Assembly (NCBI GenBank): GCA_963737655.1
Contig: CAVTTN010000002.1
Coordinates: 1,088,001-1,152,000 of the forward strand
Origin: an uncultured Planctomycetota bacterium
Lineage (GTDB): Bacteria; Planctomycetota; Planctomycetia; Isosphaerales; Isosphaeraceae
Length of the DNA stretch: 64,000 nucleotides
Reading direction: 5' to 3'
Below the pieces are notes generated by a model. It was not told where the DNA came from. It saw only the letters and a list, made by a program, of their open reading frames with translations, and did not search any database. Shown here piece by piece: positions 20,547 through 30,341 of the stretch (its first letter is position 1; each line of letters starts with the position of its first letter). The position numbers were made by a program, and so were the translations under genes.

Positions 20547-22868
20547 ATGCGTTGGGAATGTGGGCGAGGCCCGGCGGTGATCGCGATGGCGATGGCCGTC
20601 GGGATCATCGGGGCGACGGCGCCGGCCTGTCGAGGCGACGTGACGCCCGAGGAGGTCGAGCGGGCGATCCGCGACGGCGTCAAATATCTGATCAAGAGGC
20701 AGAACGATAACGGCTCCTGGCCCGATTCCGACGCCCGGGCCCATGCCGGGACGACCGGCCTGGCCGCGCTCGCCCTGCTGACCGCCGGGGAGAAGGCCGA
20801 CAGCGTCCCCGTGAGCCGGGCCCTGACCTTCCTCCAGCAGTTCCGGCCCACCGACCTGAATTCGACCTATAGCGTCTCGCTCCAGACGATGGTTTTTGCC
20901 CAGGCCGACCCGGACCGCTTCCGGATCGCCATCGCCGGCAACGTCGCCTGGCTGGAGAAGGCCCAGATCAAGCCCGGCGACCAGGGAGGCCAGGCCCACT
21001 GGCCCGGGACCTGGACCTACGAGCTGAACAAGGGCACGCCCGGCGACAACTCCAACAGCCAGTACGCCCTGCTCGGCCTGAACGCCGCGGCCGAGGTCGG
21101 CGTGCCGATCAAGCCCGAGGTCTGGGCCCTGGCCCGTCAATACTGGGAGCTCGCCCAGAGGGGCGACGGCGGCTGGAGCTACATGCCCCAGGCCGGCGAC
21201 CCCACCTCCGGCAGCATGACCTGCGCCGGCGTCTCCAGCCTGATCATCACCGGGCTGAAGCGCTACGAGGGCCAGGAAGTCCTCCTGCCCAACGGCCAGA
21301 TCCGCAACTGCGGCAAGGGCGGGATCAACCCCAACCTCCAACGAGGCATCGACTGGCTCAGCGGCCATTTCCGCGTCAGCGAGAATTTCCCGAAGAACCA
21401 GACCTGGAAGTATTACTATCTGTACGGCCTGGAACGCGCCGGGAGGCTCTCGGGCCTGCGCTACTTCGGCGACCACGACTGGTATCGCGAGGGGGCCGAG
21501 TTCCTGGTCCACACCGACCAGAGGGACGGGATCGAGGGGTTCTGGACCGGCCGGGACGCCACCGAGCGCGACCCGATCGTCGCCACCAGCTTCTCCCTGC
21601 TGTTCCTGGCCAAGGGCCGGGCCCCGGTGGTCATGAACAAGCTCCGCCACGGCCCGGGCAATGACTGGAACAACGACCGCGACGACGTCCGCAACCTCGT
21701 CGGCGCCGTCTCCCGGGACTGGAAGCACCTGCTGACCTGGCAGGTCGTCGATCCCGAGACCGCGACGGTCAACGACATGCAGCAGGCGCCCATCGTCTAC
21801 ATCACCGGCCACGAGGCCCCGCAGTTCACGGCCGACGCCAAGAGGAAGCTCCGCGAGTACGTCGAGCAGGGCGGGTTCATCCTGGCCGAGGCGTGCGACG
21901 GCCGCCCCGAGTTCGACGCCGGGTTCAAGGCGCTGATGCTCGAAATCTTCCCCGAGCAGGAGTACGAGCTCCACCCCCTCGACGCCGCCCACCCGGTCTG
22001 GCGGGCGAAGCATCTGCTCTCGCCCGACGTCCACCCGCTCTGGGGGATCGAGCACGGCTGCCGGACCGTGGTGATCTACTCTCCTCAGGACCTCTCCTGC
22101 TACTGGAACCAGGCGGAGAGCCAGCCCGATCATCCTTATGTGATCAAGGCCCTGCGAGTGGGCCAGAACATCGTCGATTACGCCACCGGCCGCGAGCTCC
22201 CGGCCGACAAGCTGGCGATCCGCGAGACGACGAAGTTCGGCAACGACCGGGCGAAGCGGGGCGCCCTGCACATCGCCAAGCTCAAGCACGCCGGAGACTG
22301 GAACGTCGCCCCCCTGGCGGTCCCCAACCTCACGACGATGCTCCGCGACAAGTTCAAGCTCGACGTGGTGATCAACCACCGGGAGATCTTCCCGAGGGAC
22401 CCGAACCTCGTCTATTACCCCCTGGTGTACATCCACGGACGGGCCGGGATGGCGTTCGACCCCGAGGACATGAAGGCCCTCCGCCGCCACCTCGACCCCG
22501 GCGGAGGCACCCTGTTCGCCGACGCCGCGTGCGGGGCCCCGGCCTTCGACGCCTCGTTCCGCAAGTTCATCGCCGAGCTCCTGCCGGACAACCCGCTCGT
22601 CCCCATCCCGCCCGAGGACGAGCTCTACCACATGAAGACCGGCTACGACCTGTCCAAGTGCCGGTACAGCAAGGCCGCCGGAGGGGGGGTGGGCATGCCC
22701 CAGCTCGAAGGCGTCAAGATCAACGGCCACTGGGCCGTGATCTACTCGAAATACGACGTCGGATGCTCGCTCGAACGCCAGCAAGGCATGCTCGATTGCA
22801 AGGGATACGTCCACGAGAGCGCCATGATGATCGCGGCCAACATCGTGATCTACGCCACGCTCCCGTAG
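20547..22868 (+). CDS. Prenyltransferase-like alpha-barrel + two DUF4159 domains, exported
   Basis: QNDNGSW, DNSNSQYALLGL, YYLYGLER; KLREYVEQGGFILAEAC and GGGTLFADAACG DUF4159-type motifs. Confidence 0.85.
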   Translation: MRWECGRGPAVIAMAMAVGIIGATAPACRGDVTPEEVERAIRDGVKYLIKRQNDNGSWPDSDARAHAGTTGLAALALLTAGEKADSVPVSRALTFLQQFRPTDLNSTYSVSLQTMVFAQADPDRFRIAIAGNVAWLEKAQIKPGDQGGQAHWPGTWTYELNKGTPGDNSNSQYALLGLNAAAEVGVPIKPEVWALARQYWELAQRGDGGWSYMPQAGDPTSGSMTCAGVSSLIITGLKRYEGQEVLLPNGQIRNCGKGGINPNLQRGIDWLSGHFRVSENFPKNQTWKYYYLYGLERAGRLSGLRYFGDHDWYREGAEFLVHTDQRDGIEGFWTGRDATERDPIVATSFSLLFLAKGRAPVVMNKLRHGPGNDWNNDRDDVRNLVGAVSRDWKHLLTWQVVDPETATVNDMQQAPIVYITGHEAPQFTADAKRKLREYVEQGGFILAEACDGRPEFDAGFKALMLEIFPEQEYELHPLDAAHPVWRAKHLLSPDVHPLWGIEHGCRTVVIYSPQDLSCYWNQAESQPDHPYVIKALRVGQNIVDYATGRELPADKLAIRETTKFGNDRAKRGALHIAKLKHAGDWNVAPLAVPNLTTMLRDKFKLDVVINHREIFPRDPNLVYYPLVYIHGRAGMAFDPEDMKALRRHLDPGGGTLFADAACGAPAFDASFRKFIAELLPDNPLVPIPPEDELYHMKTGYDLSKCRYSKAAGGGVGMPQLEGVKINGHWAVIYSKYDVGCSLERQQGMLDCKGYVHESAMMIAANIVIYATLP

Positions 22869-22938
22869 GGTGCATGAAATGCACCGTCATGGAGGGTGCA
22901 TGAAATGCACCAACCAGGAGGCGGCCGAAAGGCCGCCT
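22865..22938 (+). repeat. REP family A tandem units plus GC hairpin; GTAG supplies the stop of the upstream gene
   Basis: GTAGggtgcatgaaatgcacc...gagggtgcatgaaatgcacc...aggcggccgaaaggccgcct. Confidence 0.8.
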
Positions 22939-22984
22939 GCCTTCTCCCTTCTCCCTTCCTCAAGAAACCCAGGGCCGCCGCCCC

Positions 22985-23995
22985 TCAAACCTCCCGAGAT
23001 CGGCCCACCAACCGCCGCCCGGCCCGTCGCGACGGCGACGGCCCCCGGACCGCGTCGCCCGTCCCCGGATCCACCCGGCCCGGGATCTCCGGCCGATCCT
23101 GCTCGCTCCTTCGCTTCCGATCGAACCACCGGGCCATCGCGAACCATTCGTCGGCGCCGAGGAACGTGAGATAGCCGATGACCATCATCTCGCTGAACAA
23201 AGGGATCTGCACGGTCATCATGATCCCGGCGTGAAGCGCCAGCCCCGCCGGGAGGATCCACGGCCTGGCCGCCTTGAACCACAGGAGGAACGCCAGGGCG
23301 AACTCCAGGGCCATCGCGCCATGGGTCATCGCGCTGGTGAGCGTCGGGTACGCCGTCAGGCCGAAGCTCAGCCGGTGGAACTCGGTGTTCCCCAGGACGT
23401 AATGGACCGCCGTGCCGTCGATCCAGGGCTTGCCGCCGGCCTTGAGCATCGCCGTCGCGAAATAGACCATGGCGATCTGGAACCCGATCAGCCGTTGCGC
23501 CCAGGGGACGATCAACGGCTCGAACACGGCGCCGAGCTTCTTCCTCGCGCGTCGGTAGTCGAGCGACATCGCCGCCCCGCTCGGGCTGAGCATCAGGGTA
23601 AAGGCGAGGACGACCATCAGGACGTCCGCCCCGCTGCACGACGCCATGTTCCGATGATGGATCGACAGCAGCATCCCGTAGAGGAGGACCGAGGTGATCC
23701 GGGTCCGCCAGCCCAGGGTGACCATCGCCGCGACGACCCCGGTCCCGGCCAGGAACAGGCGGATCGAGAGCGGGTCCTGAACCCACTGCAACGGGCTGGG
23801 GCGCAGGGGGCCGGCGAGCTCGCGGGCCTCGGACCCCTGGAGCCGGCCGACGCCGCTCAGCCACTCGTCCGACTCGGGGAAGAACAGGGCGACATGCGCC
23901 AGGACGATCAGGCCGAACGCGATCCGGAACGCCGCCAGGGGGCGTGCCGAGGTCGGCGCGAACCAGAACCGATTCCACGCTCGCCAGGGGTTCAC
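22985..23995 (-). CDS. HTTM-domain (SdpB / vitamin K-dependent carboxylase-like) membrane protein
   Basis: WNRFWFAP..ARPLAAFRIAFG, LGWRTR, FQIAMVYFATAMLK...WIDGTA, HAGI; GTG start overlaps the upstream stop. Confidence 0.8.
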   Translation of the reverse strand: MNPWRAWNRFWFAPTSARPLAAFRIAFGLIVLAHVALFFPESDEWLSGVGRLQGSEARELAGPLRPSPLQWVQDPLSIRLFLAGTGVVAAMVTLGWRTRITSVLLYGMLLSIHHRNMASCSGADVLMVVLAFTLMLSPSGAAMSLDYRRARKKLGAVFEPLIVPWAQRLIGFQIAMVYFATAMLKAGGKPWIDGTAVHYVLGNTEFHRLSFGLTAYPTLTSAMTHGAMALEFALAFLLWFKAARPWILPAGLALHAGIMMTVQIPLFSEMMVIGYLTFLGADEWFAMARWFDRKRRSEQDRPEIPGRVDPGTGDAVRGPSPSRRAGRRLVGRSREV

Positions 23996-24528
23996 GGCCG
24001 GGTCTCCGCCAGGTTGGGGAATCCGTAGGTGGTCACGACCGAGTCGAACGGCATCGGCGGGGGTTCGTCGAACGGGTCGTCGGGGCCGACGATCGGCTCG
24101 AAATGGAGGACGAGATCGACCTCGATCGGGAAATCCGCCTCGGTCAGCCCGACTCGCCGGGTCACGTACCTCGCGGCGAACTCGCGGAAGACCTTGCCGT
24201 TCTGCTCGCCGACCTTCGACGCATATTTCGCGTGGCGATACATCCAGAGCCGCCGGGGAGCGGGCTGCTCGCCGACCCGAGGGAAGTCGAAGTGGCGGAG
24301 GAACCCCCGGCGGTCGCGGACCACGGCCGACAGCGACATCGAGTTGGTCGGCGGGTCGGGGGCGAACATCCCCCACTGCTGGGCCAGGCCGGTCGGGCAG
24401 AGATAATACGCCGCCGCCGGGCCCAGGCGGTCCCTCAGCCGGCAGGTCGGCAGGTTCCACGCGACGATCGCGACCACGTGGACGATCACGAAGGCGGAAA
24501 TCAGCACTCTCTTGACGAGCCACGCCAT
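23992..24528 (-). CDS. HTTM partner protein (SdpA/DUF5819-like)
   Basis: N-terminal TM segment, GLAQQWGMFAPDP motif; coupled to the HTTM gene. Confidence 0.65.
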   Translation of the reverse strand: MAWLVKRVLISAFVIVHVVAIVAWNLPTCRLRDRLGPAAAYYLCPTGLAQQWGMFAPDPPTNSMSLSAVVRDRRGFLRHFDFPRVGEQPAPRRLWMYRHAKYASKVGEQNGKVFREFAARYVTRRVGLTEADFPIEVDLVLHFEPIVGPDDPFDEPPPMPFDSVVTTYGFPNLAETRP

Positions 24529-24759
24529 CGGGGAACTCCTCGTCCATCGGTGAGGCCCGGCCGTCCGGGTCCATCGGCCGCAGACCGTAGGCATTTCCCG
24601 AAAAACGGTCAAGTCCAGCCGATCCCTGGCCGGGGGCCCGGCATTCGATTTGCGGGATGAAGAGGCGATGATCCCGGGCAACGTCGGCCTCGGTCCCGGT
24701 CGGTCGCGGAGGGTCGCGCCGAGGGGCGGTCGCGCCCCGGGCCGAAAGGGCCCTTCCTC

Positions 24760-25839
24760 ATGAGAACTCTGCGGATCGCGATCCCCCCGGCGACGGCCGC
24801 CCTGATCGTCGGGCTGGCCGGGCTCGCCGCCCCGGCCCAGGACGACGCCAAGGCCGCCCCGGCGACGGCCAAGGTCCATGATTTCGACTCCCGCCAGGCC
24901 CTCTCCGACTTCTACGACAAGCAATACGCCGAGGTCGATCGCCAGAGGATCGCCGACCTTGCGGCCCTGGCCCCGAAGCTCAAGGACGACGAGGCCGAGG
25001 CCGCCTATTCCGAGCTCTTCCACCTGGCCGTGACCCGCGACCAGTACGACTCGGCCGAGAAGGCCGCCGAGGCGTTCCTCGCCTCGGGCAAGGGCAGCCC
25101 GCAGACCCGCGCCCTGGCCAGCTTCGTCAACATCATCGCCGCGAGCAATCGCAAGCAATACGACCAGGCCCTGACGGACCTCGACGCCTTCCTCAAGGGG
25201 ATGGCCGCCTCGAACAAGCCCGACGCCAAGATCGACCCGAACCTGCTGTTCGCCGTCGGCGAGGCGTTCTTGCAGAAGCTCATCAAGGCCCGCGAATATG
25301 ACGCCGCGAGAAAGGTCTGCCGCCTGTTCGTGGCCGACTCCATGGACCCGCAGGTCAAGGAGCACTTCGCCTCGAGGATGAAGCGCCTGGCCATGCTCGG
25401 CCAGGACGCCCCCCCGATCGCCGGGACCGACGTGGACGGCCGCAAGATCAGCCTGGCGGACTACCGGGGCAAGGTCGTCCTGGTCGATTTCTGGGCCACC
25501 TGGGCGCCTCCGTGCGTGGCCCAGATGCCGTACTACGCCAGCCTCCAGGCGAAGTACGGCTCGAAGGGCTTCCAGGTCTTCGGCGTGAACGTCGATGCGG
25601 CCCAGCAGCAAGCGGGGAAGGACGCGGGCGCCGTCTCGTCGAACGTCCGCAAGTTCCTCCTGGGGATGAGGGTCGGCTGGCCGACGGTCATGAACGGCCG
25701 AGGCAGCCAGGATTTCGCCGCCGAGTACGGGGTGACCGACATCCCGGCGAACTTCCTGATCGGCAAGGACGGCAAGATCCTCCAGGTCGAGCTCTCCGAC
25801 ACCGACCTCGACGCCGCCATCGCCAAGGCGCTCAAGTAG
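24760..25839 (+). CDS. Exported TlpA-like redoxin with helical N-domain and atypical AxxC site
   Basis: Signal peptide; SLADYRGKVVLVDFWATWAPPC, YGVTDIPANFLIGKDGKI. Confidence 0.85.
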   Translation: MRTLRIAIPPATAALIVGLAGLAAPAQDDAKAAPATAKVHDFDSRQALSDFYDKQYAEVDRQRIADLAALAPKLKDDEAEAAYSELFHLAVTRDQYDSAEKAAEAFLASGKGSPQTRALASFVNIIAASNRKQYDQALTDLDAFLKGMAASNKPDAKIDPNLLFAVGEAFLQKLIKAREYDAARKVCRLFVADSMDPQVKEHFASRMKRLAMLGQDAPPIAGTDVDGRKISLADYRGKVVLVDFWATWAPPCVAQMPYYASLQAKYGSKGFQVFGVNVDAAQQQAGKDAGAVSSNVRKFLLGMRVGWPTVMNGRGSQDFAAEYGVTDIPANFLIGKDGKILQVELSDTDLDAAIAKALK

Positions 25840-25881
25840 GGTGCATGCAATGCACCAACCCAGCGGCGGCCCTCGGCCGCC
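25836..25881 (+). repeat. REP family A unit; GTAG supplies the TlpA stop
   Basis: aaGTAGggtgcatgcaatgcacc followed by a gcggcggccctcggccgcc hairpin. Confidence 0.75.
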
Positions 25882-25974
25882 CACCGCTCTCCTCCTCACA
25901 TCTCGATGAATGAGAATGGAGAGCGGCGGCCGGGCCGGGCCCGCCGGGTGCCCGTCGCCTTCGATGCCTCCGGC

Positions 25975-27231
25975 TCAGGCCAGCGCCCCTTCGGCAACCA
26001 CCGGCTTGCGGATCTCCTCGTCGCGGAACAGGGCGGCGAAGGCGAGGATGCAGAGGACCGTCAGGACGAACGGACCGGCCCAGATCGCCGCCCAGTTGTC
26101 GCCGAAGTGGTCGCGGATCGCCCCTCCGCCGAGGTTGCCGACGACCGTCCCCAGGCCATAGACCAGGAAGATCAGGAGGTTCTGCGCCGTGGCCTTGATG
26201 TCCGTGCTGGCCGCGCGGTCCACGTACATCTGCGCCACGACGAAGAAGAACCCGAAGCAGAACCCGTGGAGCGCGATCGTGGCAATCATCAGCCACTGGG
26301 GCTGGCCGATGATCGACAGGCCGAACCTCAGGGCCCAGGCCGAGGCGCCGAGGATCATCGTGTTCTTGACCCCGAGCGTCCTCACGGCGATCGGCACCAG
26401 GAGCATGACGAGGATCTCGGCGACCTGGCCGAACGACATGTAGAACGACACGTATTCTTCCTTGATGCCCACCCGATCCTTCAGGAAGAACCCCTCGCAC
26501 TGGAAGTAGAAGGCCAGCATGATCCCGATCAGCGCGGCCACGACCGTCAGGACGGCGAAGGAGCGGTTCTTCATGAGCTCCAGCGTCTCCAGGACGGCCG
26601 ACTTCTTGTCGATCGGGTCGTCCTTCCGGGCGGGGGTCGGCGGGGTGTGGGGCAGGGCGAAGCAGTAGAGCCCGTACAGGAACGAGAAGACCGCGGCGAT
26701 CCTCAAACAATCCTGGAACGACGGCTTGCCGATCGCGTGGAACAGCGGCTGCAAGGCCGAGACGTCCTTGCTCTGGAGGTAGAACGTGAAGAACCACCCG
26801 GCGGCGATCCAGCCGATCGTCCCGAGGGTGCGGATCGGCGCGAACAGCTCCTGCCTCCCCTCGCCCAGAGCCCGGAAGGTGATCGAGTTGGAGAGGCCCA
26901 TCGTGGGCATGAACAGGTTGCAATAGATGAACAGCAGGATGAAGATCGGCCAGAAGCCCGTCTGATAGGCCGTCGCCATCAGCAAGCACCCGCCGATCAG
27001 GTGGGCCACGGCCATCACCCTCTCCGACGAGAAATAGCGGTCGGCGAGCTGGCCGACGACGAACGGCCCGAGGATCGAGCCGAACCCGTAGACCGTCCCG
27101 ATGATCCCGATCAGGAACGGCCGGATCTGGAGCTTCTCCAGGTACAGGCCGACGACGGGCAGCCACATGCCCCAGACGAAGTACTGGAAGAACATCATCA
27201 CGCAGAGGCGGACGATCACGCCCGTTTTCAT
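25975..27231 (-). CDS. MFS nucleoside:H+ symporter (NupG/XapB-like)
   Basis: MMFFQYFVWGMW, GQLADRYFSSER, IRTLGTIGWI, GQVAEI, LHGFCFGFFFV. Confidence 0.88.
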   Translation of the reverse strand: MKTGVIVRLCVMMFFQYFVWGMWLPVVGLYLEKLQIRPFLIGIIGTVYGFGSILGPFVVGQLADRYFSSERVMAVAHLIGGCLLMATAYQTGFWPIFILLFIYCNLFMPTMGLSNSITFRALGEGRQELFAPIRTLGTIGWIAAGWFFTFYLQSKDVSALQPLFHAIGKPSFQDCLRIAAVFSFLYGLYCFALPHTPPTPARKDDPIDKKSAVLETLELMKNRSFAVLTVVAALIGIMLAFYFQCEGFFLKDRVGIKEEYVSFYMSFGQVAEILVMLLVPIAVRTLGVKNTMILGASAWALRFGLSIIGQPQWLMIATIALHGFCFGFFFVVAQMYVDRAASTDIKATAQNLLIFLVYGLGTVVGNLGGGAIRDHFGDNWAAIWAGPFVLTVLCILAFAALFRDEEIRKPVVAEGALA

Positions 27232-27369
27232 GAGGGAAGGCTCCGGGTCGAGGCGAAGGCGGGTCGGGGCGAGGATGAACGAATCTAACGCCCGAGAGGG
27301 CCGCCCGCCACCGGGTCCCGCCCTCGGATTCGGCCCGATCCCTCGACGGCCCGCGCCCTCGGCCGCGCC

Positions 27370-27806
27370 TCAGGGCCAATCGTCGAGCGGCGGGGCCTTC
27401 TTCGCGACGATCCCCGCGATCTCGGCGAGCCGCTCGTCGAACGACTCGATGAAGAAATGCGAGAGGAGCCGGCGGGCGACCTCTTCGGGCACGCCCCGGG
27501 CCTCGAAGACGTGGTCGGGCCGGAGCGCGACGGCCCAGGCCCCCCTCGGCCGGGTCAACCCGAGGAAGACGTCGAACGTCCGCCCCTCGCCTCGGACCGC
27601 CTCGATGCGGATCCTCGAACCCTCGGCCGTGCACCAGAGGGCCGGCAGGGCCCCCACGATGTCGTAGCGCGCGAACGTCTCGAAATCGCGAAGATACTGG
27701 TCCCAGGGGACCTCGTCGAAGGCCTCCAGGGCCGGGCCCGGTCGATCCGCCCGAGCTTCCTCGTGGTGCGGTCCGGGAGGAGCAGGCCGGCGGTCGCGAT
27801 GCCCAT
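27370..27806 (-). CDS. Hypothetical protein (probable frameshift near 27735)
   Basis: MGIATAGLLLPDRTTRKLGRIDR joined to LEAFDEVPWDQYLRDFETFARYDIVGALP... in the adjacent frame. Confidence 0.45.
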
Positions 27807-27825
27807 CTCGGTGCTCGGGATCCGC

Positions 27826-29022
27826 TCAGGCCGGGAGCCAGTCGAGGAACCGCTCCACGACCTTCCGGCAGGTGTTCTCGCTCGCGTGGGCGAACCGGCG
27901 TTCGGATCGCTCGTCGTCCCGGCCCGATCGCACGAGCCGATGGGCGGCCTCGATGAAGGCTTCGGCGTCCTCGGCCACGTCGAAGAGGTCCTCGTAGAGC
28001 AGGCACTCGGGCAGGGGGGTCGAGACGATCGGCCGGCCGGTGGCCATGTAGTCCATGATCTTCGTCGGGCAGCAGACGCGGTTGAACGGGTGGTCGGCCC
28101 GATAGGGGATCAGGCAGACGTCGAACGCCGCGTTGTACCGGGCGATCTCGTGCTGGTGCCGCCAGTCCAGGGCGTGAACGTTCGGCTTCGCCAGGCACCG
28201 CCGACGGTCCGCCTGCCACGCCCCGGGCGGTCCGCTGCCGAGCCGGCCGACCAGGACGATCGAGCACGAGGGCAGGGCATCGGCCAGCCGGGCCAGCAAG
28301 TCCCAGTCGATCCGATCTTCGAGAGACCCGACGTAACCCAGCCTCGGGCCAGGAATTCGGGCGAGGTCGTCGGGCGGATGGGCCGGTTCCAAAAACGGGC
28401 CCGGGCCGAGCGAGGCCGACGGCGCCCCGTGAGGCAAGTGCCGGACCTTCCCCGCCGCTTCCGGGACCGCCGCCCGCAACCCGTCGGCCCGCAGCCGCGA
28501 GACGCAGACCGTCAGGTCGGCCTCGCGGACCGCCTGGACCTCCAGCGCGTTGACCCGGTCGGCGCATCGGGGCCAGTATTGCGAGTAGTCATCGATATTG
28601 AAGTAGACCTGGACGTCCGGCCGCACCTGATCGCGCAAATAGAGGTAGTGCGGGTAGGTCATGACCAGCGCGAGCGGGCCGTCGGGGGCGAACCGCCGCC
28701 TCCAGCCGTCGATGGAGCGGCGGATCGGCCTCATCCCCCAGGTCGGGAACCGCTTCATCCAGCCCGAGGGCAGGACGAGGTCCCGCCTCCAGTGGTTCGG
28801 GGCCGTCTCCGAGAGCGAGCGGCCCCAGGCCCACGGCCGCGCGTCCCGCCTCAGCGCATTGTAGTAGTCGATGCACTTCAGGAGGAGCGTGGACGTCCCG
28901 GGCCGGTCCAGCTCGGCGAACAGGTTCTCGGTGGTGAACCAGTTGGCGTCGGCCACGGCCAGGGCGAGCGGCCCCGGACCGGCCTGGACCTCGGCGATGC
29001 GTCGGACGGAGGAGACGGCCAT
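27826..29022 (-). CDS. GT-B (GT4/TuaH-like) glycosyltransferase
   Basis: YFNIDDY, ADLTVCVS, LGYVGSL, FDVCLIPY, PTKIMDYMATGRPIVST. Confidence 0.85.
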   Translation of the reverse strand: MAVSSVRRIAEVQAGPGPLALAVADANWFTTENLFAELDRPGTSTLLLKCIDYYNALRRDARPWAWGRSLSETAPNHWRRDLVLPSGWMKRFPTWGMRPIRRSIDGWRRRFAPDGPLALVMTYPHYLYLRDQVRPDVQVYFNIDDYSQYWPRCADRVNALEVQAVREADLTVCVSRLRADGLRAAVPEAAGKVRHLPHGAPSASLGPGPFLEPAHPPDDLARIPGPRLGYVGSLEDRIDWDLLARLADALPSCSIVLVGRLGSGPPGAWQADRRRCLAKPNVHALDWRHQHEIARYNAAFDVCLIPYRADHPFNRVCCPTKIMDYMATGRPIVSTPLPECLLYEDLFDVAEDAEAFIEAAHRLVRSGRDDERSERRFAHASENTCRKVVERFLDWLPA

Positions 29023-29523
29023 CGCGGACCCCGGGCCGATCGCCGCACCGGGCCCTCCTACCGACTGGGGAGCGATCCGAAGGCCCCGGGCCCGGCGGCC
29101 CCGGAGCTTAAGCCACCCCCCGGGCCCCTGTCAACGCCAGCATCCACGCCCGAGCCCACTCGCAGGCCCGCAGGCCCGGGACCAATCGTCCCGACCCCGA
29201 AGCCCCGCAATTCAAGCACGAATGCATTGTTGGATTCATGATACCATTGCCCTCCCGCCCCCGCAACTCGGCGATTTTCCGACTCCGGGGCTCTGGACAA
29301 GGCAGGCCCGAGGACGAATCACGGGCGGGAAATACGGATTGCAAAAGAAAAAATCAAAAAGTTTCCGGCCATTGCGGGATGATGACTTGGGATCATTCTC
29401 CGAATCGGAGGTTCATGGAAAAACGGCGTTTAGGGGATTTCGCAAGGCCCGAACCATCTCCGAATTCTTTAGGATCAACGTCAAGATCGCCATAAAATCC
29501 CCCAGTTTGACGGCGGAAGGCGG

Positions 29524-29553
29524 TTGGCGCGGTCGGAGGGGGGTCCCTACAAT
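29524..29553 (+). promoter_or_regulatory. Candidate sigma70 promoter
   Basis: TTGGCG-18 nt-TACAAT upstream of a structured leader and the small Cys-rich gene. Confidence 0.35.
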
Positions 29554-29806
29554 CCGGCCGTCTTGGTGACAGCGGCCCGTCGCATGAGGGCGGGTTGGGT
29601 GTCGCCGAGCGGCAACCTTCGTCTGGGATGGACGGGGTCACGTCGGAGGCCGGCGACGAGGCCGACCGAGGCGTCTGTCATACTCCTTGCCCGCCCCTGC
29701 CGGGATCGGGCCCCGGTTCGGGGTCCGTCGCGGGGGCGGTCGCCGGATGCGGAACCTCTCCGCATCCTCCCACACACGATCGACACCACGAGAAGGGTTC
29801 CCACCG

Positions 29807-30145
29807 ATGCATCAGATCGTCCTCCTGACCGCGATGACCGCCACCTCGGGCCTCTTCGGCGGCGGCCGGGCCTGCAAGTCCGGCCACTGCGGCTCCTACG
29901 CCGCCGCGCCCGCGGCCTACGCCCCGGCCGCCCCGTGCGCCTCGGGCCGGTGCGGCTCGGGCTACTCTTACGCCCCTTACGCCCAGCCGATGACGTATGG
30001 CTACGCCCCGACGCACGCTTACGCCCCGGCCCCGGCGTATAGCTACGCCCCGACCCCGCAGGTCGCCGCCGCGCCAACCGGCTACACGTCCTACTACTAC
30101 CCCCCCGCGTCCTCCTGCGCCACCGGCAACTGCCCCCGGCGCTGA
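29807..30145 (+). CDS. Small secreted Tyr/Ala/Pro-rich protein with three CxxGxC motifs
   Basis: MHQIVLLTAMTATSGLFGG; CKSGHC, CASGRC, CATGNC; YAP repeats; GAAGGG RBS. Confidence 0.75.
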   Translation: MHQIVLLTAMTATSGLFGGGRACKSGHCGSYAAAPAAYAPAAPCASGRCGSGYSYAPYAQPMTYGYAPTHAYAPAPAYSYAPTPQVAAAPTGYTSYYYPPASSCATGNCPRR

Positions 30146-30268
30146 CCGGATCTGATCTGATCGGAATCGACCAGGGGTCCGAGCGGCGGCGACTCGTCGG
30201 GCGCGGGGCTCTCCCGCCGCGCCGTCGAGGGTCACCAACCGGATCGCTCGAGTCCCTCCATCCCAAAA

Positions 30269-30316
30269 GACGAAACCCCCACGCCATGACGGCGGCCGGG
30301 GGTTTCGTCAATTTTG
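30269..30316 (+). terminator. Probable intrinsic terminator
   Basis: gacgaaaccccc...gggggtttcgtc 12-bp stem followed by aatttt. Confidence 0.55.
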
Positions 30317-30341
30317 AGCGGCCGTCGTCCGAAGGGGACGA

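Noticed and set aside
20505..22814. Long antisense or alternative-frame ORFs (also 40271-43069, 54403-56934, 9618-12101 and others)
   Set aside because: Shadow ORFs of high-GC genes; the opposite frame carries recognisable family motifs
25495..25515. Selenocysteine at the TlpA active site
   Set aside because: The codon is GCG (Ala), not TGA
29555..29690. Cobalamin or c-di-GMP riboswitch
   Set aside because: Conserved cores (B12 box, GGCAAAC...GACGCAAAG) not found; kept only as an unassigned structured leader
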